A stretch of 64,000 bases of DNA from Lophium mytilinum (Eukaryota): NCBI GenBank assembly GCA_010093605.1, contig MU004181.1:930001-994000 (forward strand). The letters run 5' to 3'. Of this stretch, positions 1 to 10,260 are shown one piece after another. Each line of letters starts with the position of its first letter. Within the stretch, counting starts at the first letter, position 1. The notes under the pieces were generated by a model that saw nothing but the letters and a program-made list of their open reading frames with translations, did not search any database and had not been told where the DNA came from. The position numbers and the translations under genes are program-made.

Positions 1-1415
1 TCTTTGTGCGCTGACCGGGGCCTGTCAGGGTCCTGTCACGCATCGAATGGCCCACAGGGAGCCACAAGTGCCAGCGTGCTGTCAGAGTCGCTGGCTCGTC
101 CAAAGGCATCGCAGCCGTGAAGAGGGCGTCTATTGAGCGTTGCAAATCCAGCGGGGCCACTCTCCGGGCGCCTATGGGGAGCCTCGTTGCCCACTCACAG
201 CGGCCGGTGTGCGCCCACATGCTGCCCGCCGCGTGCTTGAAATAACCTCGCGCATGGCAGCGTGCCTCGCCAGTGCGGAATGGAGGGCGGATAGCCTCAT
301 GGCCTCGAACTCGCCAGGCTGCGACGGCCAGCGCGCTTGGTTCAGATTTAGGTGGTGCAAGAAGGGGCTGCAGAACCTGACGCTGTGCGCAAGTGCACAC
401 ACCAAACCGCCGGCGATGCAGGGCTCGAATCACCTGGCCGTCGCCAAGCCTGCACTCCAACAGCTAGCAGCTGTCTCGAACCCTCCGTCGCCGGCCGAAC
501 TAGGTGACTAGGTGAACGTCAGGGGCGTGACGCCTCAATAACTCATCCCGCTCCAAGAGCCTCTCCAGAATCCTCACTTCAAACCCGTATTCCTGTAGAC
601 AAACCACCCCGCGACGCCCAATGGCAGACAACAGACTCCCTGCCACCGTCCAGACACCCTGGATGCTGTGCAACGAGGGCATCAAAGCGCGGCGACGGTC
701 GCGTTTCATCCAGGCCACCGTCTGCAATCGTCTGGGGGGCGCCTGTTCGGGCATCTTGAAACCTGTCTCGCATACGGCATCAGCCCTAGCAATCTCATCT
801 CGCACGCACACGCCGATCCACGCCACCCTCTGCACCCGTTCGTGCCGTTGAAACGCCCTGTTGTGTGCCCTCTTCTCACGCGAACCGCGAGCCTGGAGTT
901 CGCTTGGAAAGAATTCTGCCGTGCTGATGACTCCCAGGCCGCTCCCAGGAATCCCCACAAACCTGCTGCAGATTGCGAATCGCCACAGCGATGGCGCTCT
1001 GTCTTCAAGGTTGCTTGGGTACAGGCACCAGCCTCTCAGCACCAGCCTCAGGGTGGCTATCAGGTCATGTGTCCGTATTTCGAAGAGGGTGAACCATGTC
1101 GCCGACTCATCAGCTTCTACCAAACACGAAACCTCATTTCCAAATGCACTCTGTTCCTGGCTAGGCCCCGTAGAATCAATAGCTTTAGACACCCGACCAA
1201 TAGGTGGTCTGGCAACTTCTAAATTAAGTAAATAGTAGGTCATCTGTCCATACTAGCTCCAGGTGCCACTATTGGTTGTTGGACGTCACCTTCTACGCAG
1301 ACAGCATAACCAGGTGAACGATCTATTCAATGTTTCTAGGTCAACTTCTCAAGCCTTGATGCGACGGAACACCGATCTTGTATCTGTCGATGGAGTAGAC
1401 TTTGACACATCCACC

Positions 1416-2006
1416 TCACAAGATCGTGCACATCTCCCAACACTTCCTCTTCTTGGTTCCCTCTCGTCCTTCTCGGCCCCCGTCTTCCACATCCGGATTC
1501 ACCGTCGCCCCAGCTTCCTCGTCACCTCTCCTTGCCGACGCCTCCATCTGCCTCCTGATCTCATTATCATCCCCCATCAGAACCCGCTTCGTCTTCAACG
1601 GCTTATCTAACCCCTCCCCACCCCTTGCTGCTCCAATCGCGTTTGACGGAGGTATCGATATCGAATTAATCTCTCCTTCCAGCTCATTTTCGTTCCGCTC
1701 TTCCCCCTCCTCTCCTTCTCCTGCCGAGTGTCTGAATGATGGCCGCCGAGCAGCCGGATCCCTCTCCTCATCATCCCCACTTTCATCCCCATCCCCATCC
1801 TCAGCAACCTCCACACTCCTCTCCGTTTCGTTCGGCACGCGTTGAATAGTCGACGACCGCTCAATCGGGTGCGTCTCCACACCTATGCGCTCAACCTCAT
1901 TTATCGGCGGTTCCGAGACCCACGTTCCGTGGGGTAGGCCTGGGTTTTCGCTCTCGTTTTCGTTTTCTTTGCGCGTGCTGCTTTCGCCGGCGGTGAAGGA
2001 GTTCAT
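1416..2006 (-). CDS. Acidic, disordered hypothetical protein with C-terminal CaaX box (KKRKCWEMCTIL*)
   Basis: Single-exon ATG-started 196-aa ORF, E/D/G/R-rich. It ends in a basic patch plus CTIL-stop, a tail shared with the neighbouring ORF. Confidence 0.65.
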   Translation of the reverse strand: MNSFTAGESSTRKENENESENPGLPHGTWVSEPPINEVERIGVETHPIERSSTIQRVPNETERSVEVAEDGDGDESGDDEERDPAARRPSFRHSAGEGEEGEERNENELEGEINSISIPPSNAIGAARGGEGLDKPLKTKRVLMGDDNEIRRQMEASARRGDEEAGATVNPDVEDGGREGREGTKKRKCWEMCTIL

Positions 2007-2493
2007 TTTGAGATTTAGGTTGACTGTAGGCAGTAGCTGTGTTGGCTAGATTGGGAAAGGGGTCTGTAGTTATACGGTGAGTACCGCGCTGTTTGTTATA
2101 GTTGCTTTGAGGCTCTGGATCCGTCTAGAACGACGGGAAAGTGCAAACTTTGCTGCATGCGAAGAAGGTGAGAGAGAGGGGAAACTTCTTTTTGAGGTTA
2201 GACAATGAATGGAAAGGAGAGAATAAGACAAAGAAGGTTCGATTGTGGATATTATCTTGACCATGGAGAGTGTCTTAAAATACAGCGCCTTGACATGCTA
2301 TGTGTCTAGTCTTGCTTCTATGGCTTACCCAGCTCGAAACTACAGACACGAGGACACACAAATTAGCTAGAAGCCTGCAGAACCTGGAGAACCACCTCCG
2401 TAAATCGTATACGACAACACTAATTCTGCTGTACGACAGCTTCCCCTAACATAATTCGTGGTCGACGAAGCAGACCCCACAATACCTCCCAAC

Positions 2494-3105
2494 TCACAGT
2501 ATCGTACACATCACCTGCCACCACCTCCTCTCCTTACGCTCCTCCTCCCTTCTCTCACCCCCAGCATCCCCCGTGTGCACATCCTCATCATCACCCGGTT
2601 CCTCCTCCTCATCCACAGTTTGCTGCCTCCCCATCTCCATCTTCGTCTTGCTCGCCTCCGCCTTCGCCACAGCCTCCGGCACCGACTCATCCACCCGCGC
2701 CCGCGGCTTCAATGTCGTCACATCCGCCGACCGATCCAACCCCTCACTCACCCTGACTTCCCCACCCACGTTCGTCGGAGTTTCAGGCTGCGGGCGAGAC
2801 AGCCCCTCTGCTCCCCCTCCCAAGCCTGTCGATCTTCCCGGCGGCGGGCGCGACCCCTCTGGTCGTGGGAGTGATGGCAAAGGGCGCGATCCCGCTGGTA
2901 GCGGTGGTAGTGGTGGTGGTGGTGATGAAGGGCGCGGGGTAAACAACGGTTCGGGAACCAGCTCTCTATCCTCCAGATTCTCATACTCGAACGGCGGTAG
3001 GCCGGCAGCATCCCCCTGGTCTTCGAGAAGCACTTGGCGGATGGAGAGTTTTCTCGTGGGGCTTTTGTTTTTGGGAGCACTGGGCTGGTTCGTAGGTGGG
3101 TCCAT
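2494..3105 (-). CDS. Pro/Glu-rich disordered hypothetical protein with C-terminal CaaX box (RKERRWWQVMCTIL*), paralog of 1416-2006
   Basis: ATG-started 203-aa ORF with the same MCTIL-stop ending and similar 3' nucleotide sequence to the adjacent ORF. Confidence 0.65.
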   Translation of the reverse strand: MDPPTNQPSAPKNKSPTRKLSIRQVLLEDQGDAAGLPPFEYENLEDRELVPEPLFTPRPSSPPPPLPPLPAGSRPLPSLPRPEGSRPPPGRSTGLGGGAEGLSRPQPETPTNVGGEVRVSEGLDRSADVTTLKPRARVDESVPEAVAKAEASKTKMEMGRQQTVDEEEEPGDDEDVHTGDAGGERREEERKERRWWQVMCTIL

Positions 3106-3761
3106 GTTGGATGCTGGGGGGTGGGTAGTGTGGTTCTGTTGGCGAAGAGATGAGGGATGGGTGGGGAGTTATACGGCTTGCGTGATGGTGTTTGTGGTCA
3201 AACTTCTTCAATCTCTTATCATATCTGGAATGGAAAAGGCGTGCCTGATCAAGCACTTGCTTGTCCAAGCCATGACGGAGGTTTGCATGGAGATGGAGGC
3301 GTGGTGGCTAGTAGGAGGAAAAGTAGTGAATGGGAAGGGGAAAGGCTGGGTTAAGGGGCGTCCTCATGCATAGGAGGTTTGCTTCCGATGATGAAAGATT
3401 TCCTGAGAATGCTGTATGCTGTGTGTATGCTCTGCGCTGCCCTCCATTCAGGGGCCTTACCTAAATAACCCATAGGAAAAGCTGCAAACACGTGAACGGA
3501 CAAGTTAGTCAAAAGACTCGCGGAAAATGGATAGCCACCTCAGTAATGCACATAGCTTTGACCTTTTTGATTCGTGCTTGCAAGTTGCTATTCTGCCTGC
3601 GCTCGCGGGAGAAGTGAAGTGTAGCCAGATTAGGATTTGTGGCCAGTAGGTACAGACAGCACTATGACTCCTTGACAGCCCATGAGTTGTCCCGTCCGAA
3701 TGCAAAAGAAGATTCACCCGCCATCAGTCATCATCCAGCCTTCCATCAACAGCATCGTCCC

Positions 3762-4841
3762 CTACTCTTCAGCAGTGAAGCCCTCCGCTGGCGCCTCGCC
3801 GCTCTCCGCCTGCTCCGCCTGCCGCTGGGCCTCCGCCGCCTGCTGGGCAGCCACGGCCTTTGCGCCGTAGTCCTGGGACATGGGCTGCACAACAGTCTGC
3901 TCCTCCTTCGGCTCGATGATGGTGACGGAGTCTGGCAGCGTCTTGGTGGGGCCGGCCTTGCCCTCGGGATCCGATCCACGCATGATCTTGACCTTGATAC
4001 CCAACACGCCCTGGCGGAGGAGGACGTGGCGAGTTGCCTCATCGATGAAGTCCTTGGCGGGTTGACCGGAATGGATCATGAAGCCGTCCTATCACACAAA
4101 TATTAGCCCAGCCCATACATCTTCCCATTTTCCCACCATCCCACATACAGTGAACTTCATGCTCTTAGCACGCGCAGCCCTCAGCTTGCCGCTGACCACA
4201 ACCTCGCAGCCCTTGGCGCCGCTCTCCATGATGAACCGCAGCACACCATAGCAAGCCCGTCGCACCGCCAGACCGTTGAGCAGCTTGTACCGGAGGGATT
4301 CGCACTGCGCGACGGCCGAGAGACCGCGGTTCTGCACCTTGGCGGCGTACAGCGAGACCGAGTTCTCGGGGAACTTGAAGCGCTTCTGGATCAGCGACGT
4401 GAGCTCGCGGATGCGGCGGCCCTGCTCGCCGAGCACTTCTTGTGTGTGGGTCGCCCGGATGATGATGTCGGTCACGGTGGGCGTAACGCGCACTTCCACG
4501 CCCGAGTAGCCCTCCTCGGCCAGCTCGCGCTGGAAGAACTCGTTCAGCTCGGCGTAGAAGACACCGTCTGTAGCGTGTGGGTTAGCTTGTGTGCGCAATT
4601 GTGTGTGGAGGCATTTCGAGTTCGGAATATTGAGGGTTCAATGTGGACCGCTGTCGCCTTCGAGAAGGGACAGACTGATCGCATTGGCCGGACGAGCCGT
4701 CGTGAGGGCTATAGGAATGTGCGAAGGGATTGCATACCAGCTACGAACTTCCTCCGCTTGGAACTGGATGGGGTCAGTCATATTGGTCTCGACCGACGCA
4801 CACAGAGACACTCACATAGCACCTCCATGAGTAGCTGCCAT
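3762..4841 (-). CDS. RPS3: 40S ribosomal protein S3 (uS3)
   Basis: Exons 4841-4816, 4763-4738, 4567-4149, 4088-3762 joined by GT-AG introns give 265 aa: [29 protein letters not shown]...[24 protein letters not shown]. Confidence 0.98.
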
Positions 4842-5200
4842 TCTTGCGGTTATGGGACGATAGATTCCAAAGTGCTAGGGTGGAGGTTCAGCCGTCCGTT
4901 GTCGTGAGCCGTGGTGTCGTCGTCGCGAAGTTGGAGGTCGAATTCGATGAGGCGGGCAAATGTGGTCGGTCGTGCGCCAAGGAATCGATTGCTCGCTTAG
5001 TTTATCGGCGCACGTGCTGCGCTAAGACCAAAGAAACCAAAGAAACCACAGGACACCAATCACCGTCAGGTTTGTATCGATATGCAAGTATATTAATTCA
5101 TTGATGATGATATCTACACTGCACCTCACTTTATGCAGAACGGTGCCATATACAAGTAGATCAATCCCGTAGCCCATAGTCCAAACGCCATCCAAATGCT

Positions 5201-6621
5201 TCAGTTGTGCTCGATCGGGGTTTCTGGAAGCAGCTCCTCAGGCCTGCGCTCTACCCAGCGCTTCAGTGGAGGCCTCACAATGTCGTTGAACAAGAACGTG
5301 CCGTAGACAAGGAGCACGAAGCCGACTACTTGCAACCATTTGAATGTCTCCCAGCCGAGGCCTAGGGACACAATCCAGATGAAAAGAGTTCGGCAAGTGT
5401 CGATAGTGGATCGGGACGTGGCACTGACTGTTCGCGTCACAGAAAGGCCGAAGAAGTTGAAGCCGCTGTATGGATGTTAGCAGTGTTGGGTTCAGCTGGG
5501 ACGAACCGACTTACCCAATACTAAGCATTATCAAAACGCTGCTGACGGCAATAGATCGGAAATGAGTTATCTCCCACAAGCCTTCGCGGGCGTCAAAGTA
5601 TCCATTGTGTCCTGCCTTCGTAATTCCAACTGTGAAGTGAAGAATGATCATGCCAATGACTGTGACAATGAATCCAAAGGTGCCCTCCCAACTGACGACC
5701 TTGATTGGCTCCATTGCGTAGCGTTCCATGATACTCTCCTCGATCACGAATTGCGTGGCTGTGAATATCTGTGCACCTGCGACCAAGCAGACGCCTAGGA
5801 CGGCGTGGCCTGCAGATGGAGAAGCGGGGACATCCTTCGCAGCTCTGCGGAGCACCTCAAAGCCATGCCTAATCGTATCACGGAGCTCTGGCTGCAAGAA
5901 AGAAGCGCCATGGACGCTTTCGTCCTTCGTGAGATATCCAGCTAAGCCCACAACAGCGACACCAGCGACTACGATAAATAAAGCAAACCATTTGTATGCA
6001 CCGAGCCTTCGTTTGAGGAAGAGGACGCTGAAGAGGCCCACGAAGAGTACAAGGGCGCCACGCATCATCTGATAGATACTTGCAGCGACGAAGATCAACC
6101 CGACGTTCATCAGTGTCGTTCCCGCTATGTCGCAGCACGCTGGAAGCGCTAGTAAAAGGATGTTGCGGCCGGTCAGAGGAACACGACCGTCCGCAAAGGC
6201 GTGCGCAGGCTTGAGTGGATTTGCAATAGGAGTAGCGGAGTCATCGCTATCGTCTTGGTCCCTGGCGAGAACTGGCGACTCGGGTTCCTCGTCCTGCACG
6301 GTGCCGATGGCCTCATAGCCCGCCTTGCGTGAGGCGTAGCGCTGGTACGCTGTGAAGCCGCCGACGACAATCCAGCAGGCCATCTCGCCAATGAACATTT
6401 GTAGGGTTTGTATAACAGGCTGTTCGAAGTAATCTCGGTCTTTGTGCTTGGGTGCGTCGCAGTTCCGTATGCATACATTGTCCTGACGAGATCTGGGTCA
6501 GCTGGAGGCCAAGGCCTCAGGCAGTAGAGGCACAGACTTGGTATTTACTGAGCAGCGTGTTGCAGACGCCAGTCAGAAGCATCATAGCAACAAGGAAAGG
6601 AACCATAGCTCGTGCTGCCAT
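5201..6621 (-). CDS. Multi-pass DMT-superfamily / nucleotide-sugar transporter-like protein (SLC35F6-like)
   Basis: Three exons (introns ~6483-6537 and ~5466-5513). Motifs MLLTGVCNTLLSKYQ, MFIGEMACW, LPACCDIAGTTLMNVGL, ASIYQMMRGALVLF, SATSRSTIDTCRTLFIW; many hydrophobic segments. Confidence 0.85.
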
Positions 6622-7334
6622 GGTGCTGGAGGTGAGCCGGCCGGCTCGATCAAGCTTCGGAGATAGCAGCGGAGGTTGGGAAGAACAAAGCGAGCGACGA
6701 TATGGTGGTGTATGCAGGCTTGGGCGACGTGGGCTACCTCGTTTAGAGAGTCTAGAGAAGGTAGAGAGGATATTGTAGACTGCGAGAGACAGAGGGAGAG
6801 TGATGAAGGCGCCGAGGGCGAATGACCAGATGGGGACCTGAATAGCTCGGCCTTAGCGCCTTCGGCAATCTCTCACGTGCCTTTGTCTTCAGCATTAGGT
6901 ACTAAGCATCCGCTTTCAACGCATGCCTCTCTGCTCACGAGGTGTAGAGTAATGAAGTGCTTCTGTGCTACAGAACTCTGCCCGAGCCTCCTTCTAAAAG
7001 CTTGCGAGCAGACTGCCGCAAATGCCGCCTAATAGGTGCCCTATCGCCTAGGACACAGCTCCAAGTTCAAGGTAGATCACTTTGTATGCACATGCAGCAA
7101 GATCACCTCCCTTGTCGCTGTCCAATTTTACTTTATGAAATCTTTATTTCACCATAAAGAAGTCGAATACGGCTTGCATATCAGCTTCTCTACGCGCAAT
7201 CAGTCTTGTTCCAGGCTATCCCGGCTATCATGCCCAAACAAATGCTAAAACATCTATATAATGAGATCAGACAGCCACATCAAGGGCTCATGGTGAATCG
7301 CTCCTTCATTGAAACTCCCGGGTATCATGGAAAT

Positions 7335-8498
7335 CTATCGCACATGCCTCTCCAAGCTCTCCCTCCACCCTCGGACCCTCTCTCGCCTCTCAGTCTTCCG
7401 CAATCCTCCTTGCAGCCACGCTACAACATTCCAACCTAAAGTTGCTGACAGGTCGTTACATCGCTGCTCAGCCACACCCCCCTTATCGCCTCCAAATGCA
7501 AATTCGAGCGGTGTACCTTGCTTTATCATCTCTCTTCTCAGGAACATATTGGACCCGGCAGAATCGAACGGTGAGTGCCCTATCACAACGAAAAGGAGTG
7601 TGATAGCGAGACTGTACAGGTCTGTCGATGTAGATGGCGCCGGATACTGTGAAGTGATCGAGTCGCGGGTCAGAGTGGACGGGCATAGGTAGTCCCACGT
7701 TCCACCGCCGACAGGGGCCGTTGTTCCTTTGTCGGGGTCGTCGGATGGAATCGTAAGAACGGAAGACGAGAAGTCGGCGAAGACAGGTATTCCACTCTCG
7801 GTAAGGAGGATGTTGTCAGGTTTTATGTCCGCGTGGATGACGTTGTGAGTGTCGAGCCAGTCTAGTCCGCGGACTAAACTGAGTGCTAGTTTTGGGAAAG
7901 TTTCTGCGAGACGGGCAGTGCGGGCCGCGGTGTTTAATGCGTTAAGGTCTTTGACGAAAGCATCGAGGTTGCTGGTCATGGCACCCATGACGAGGGCGCC
8001 GTTTCGAGTGTCGAGGCCAAAGAAGGGGACGATGTAGTCTTGGTCCAAAGAAAAGGACGAGAGGTGCGAAAGGATACGTGCTTCGGACGCTATGACGGCC
8101 TTCGCGGAAGTCATTGCGGGGACTTTGATCGCGTAGGCCTGAGGTATGGAAGGAATCGAAGTAGAGGTGTTTCGAGGCTTGACCGGGGTCAAGGGAGGTG
8201 TAATTATTCCCAGCACTTCTACTTCGACATCGAAGTGTGCTGCTGAAGGCTTCGGGAAAACCGGTAGTGCAAGGTACACGTCGCTCCAGAGCCCGCTACC
8301 GAGCAGGTTCTTTTTGTCCAGGGTATACTCTGTAGTCCTGAATGGGAATTCCAACACTTTTGTTGCCCTGCGACCAATCAAGCTGAAGGCTTCGTCGATC
8401 TCGGTAGGTATCGAGTCCTTACGGGCTCGAGACAAAGGGGTAACTGGTGGAGTACTGGCACTATCGTAATCGGTCATCTTTTGGTATGGAAGCTCCAT
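7335..8498 (-). CDS. Divergent fungal Ser/Thr protein kinase
   Basis: Kinase motifs LGSGLWSDV, AIKV, HADIKPDNILL, ADFSS (DFG variant), GGGTWDY, DLYSLA. Start uncertain: an in-frame upstream ATG lies at 8693. Confidence 0.85.
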   Translation of the reverse strand: MELPYQKMTDYDSASTPPVTPLSRARKDSIPTEIDEAFSLIGRRATKVLEFPFRTTEYTLDKKNLLGSGLWSDVYLALPVFPKPSAAHFDVEVEVLGIITPPLTPVKPRNTSTSIPSIPQAYAIKVPAMTSAKAVIASEARILSHLSSFSLDQDYIVPFFGLDTRNGALVMGAMTSNLDAFVKDLNALNTAARTARLAETFPKLALSLVRGLDWLDTHNVIHADIKPDNILLTESGIPVFADFSSSVLTIPSDDPDKGTTAPVGGGTWDYLCPSTLTRDSITSQYPAPSTSTDLYSLAITLLFVVIGHSPFDSAGSNMFLRREMIKQGTPLEFAFGGDKGGVAEQRCNDLSATLGWNVVAWLQGGLRKTERRERVRGWRESLERHVR

Positions 8499-10260
8499 GG
8501 TGGGAAGGAGATCGAAGCTTAGGTTTCTTCTTATTTCAGTGTTGGTTAGGTCTTGTGGTGTGTGAGGGGTGATGATAGAGGCCAGCGTATTTTTGTAGCT
8601 CGGAGAATCAGTTATTGTAATATTACATACCAAGGGTTGGAGGATTCGTGGGTAGGTAGGTTGTGACGCTTGGTAAAGAGTTGATGCAACCATGGTTGAA
8701 CAATAAAAGTGACAATGTAAAGTAAGAAAACAAGCGTATCATCGAAACAGGTACTTTATCACAGTAAAACAAGCTCTGAAAGAAATAGTACAGAATGTAG
8801 AATTAACGTTTACAAAATTGAAGTCTGAAAATTGCAGCGTCAAAGTTAAGTGGGGGATGGGAATGGTCTAGGATACAAAGGGGCAGCGCATAGGCTTATT
8901 CAAAACATTGTTCATACATGAAAAGCGTCGAGAGACAAAGACAGATTAGAGATCAGATTAGAGATCAGAGGAGAGTCGAAGGTAAAAGGTTAAAAGGTTA
9001 AACAAAACGACAAGTTCTAAGACGAATGACCAGTGTGGTATCTAGACGGCGGCATCTTGACCGACAAGTATAGGGACGAAAGGAAGATGAGGTCACTGCC
9101 AGTGCAAGGCTGCGGCGGACTTCTTAAGACTCGGACAGATAGCCGGCGCTCGAGGGCTTGGGATCAGTAGAACTAGGGCGGCGCGGAGGCGACTGATAAC
9201 GGGAGGATGCAGAAACGGCCATGATCACGGCCCGACGGAGCCAGTCGCTCGTGAACGTGGCGCATCGTGAGGGTTCCACGGTTGGCCGTCCTAGAGGAGC
9301 AATGTGCAGGCCTCATTGCCCAACGTGCATCGATCCATTGGCCTCCACCCCTTGATTCTGTCGAGGCCGGTGCCGCTCGTGACCAGCAGAGCGGAGAGCC
9401 GAGAAGGTTCCCCAGATCTCTGTCGCGACGACCAGATTCTATCGCAGTGGTGTGACGTCGTGCATATGCTGCGAGATAGCGGTTGTGCCGGAGAACTGCA
9501 CTTGTCGACGCAGGAACAGCCAGCCTCTTCCAGCCATGAGGCTGTTTCGGGATATGTAATTGCGCCTTCGGCCACATTTGCGAAGATGAATGAGATATCG
9601 ATTATCGACTCCTAATTTCCGAATATCGGGTGTGGTTTGCGCTCGGGCGTCACTGATTGAGCACTGACTGAGGTCACGTGATGGTCGCACGTCTCTTGGC
9701 AGCCTCCTTCATCCATCTCTCATCCCTCAGCCTTCGAAGCTCCGTTCGCATGAAGACAAACATCTGCATCTAGACTAACTCAGCTTATATCACAAACTAC
9801 TAATCGAGGAGCGAGAGTGACGACTGACATGCCTCGAGGTCACAAGCTATCCCACCTGTTCTTTTGCATCGGCATCCGACAGCATCTGGAGACTTGACCG
9901 TAAAGCAGTTTCGAGTTTAGGGCATCGCGAAAGGCATCTCCACGGCGAGGTTTTGGAGGGATGCTCCCATTCTCTGCCCACCATGCCTTTGATTGATGGT
10001 CTGCAAACTTCCACACTCAAACTTCTAGCAATCGATCGTCATGTAGATGATCGGATCATATCTTACTGACTATCACCTCGACAATTGCTTCATTCCACCT
10101 GATACTTCCTGCTCTTAGTAATGACTAACAAAAAATTGTAAAGGGTAGTACTTCCACTGGCTATAAAAAGCGCGGGCATAAGGTGGTATCGATTCATTCC
10201 CAGCGCTGAGTTCTAAGACCAGGTATCCTGCCTTAGTATCCTGTCTCAGGCTAGCACCCG

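Noticed and set aside
1..1243. ORFs 500-1243 (-), 668-1222 (+) and 140-511 (+)
   Set aside because: No recognisable domain or consistent codon bias; many overlapping frames suggest GC-rich non-coding sequence.
2573..3373. 266-aa plus-strand ORF and similar antisense ORFs across the window
   Set aside because: Shadow frames of GC-rich genes on the opposite strand, mostly with non-ATG starts.
8941..9003. Short tandem repeats CAGATTAGAGAT x2 and AAAAGGTT x2
   Set aside because: Ordinary slippage repeats; not telomeric arrays.
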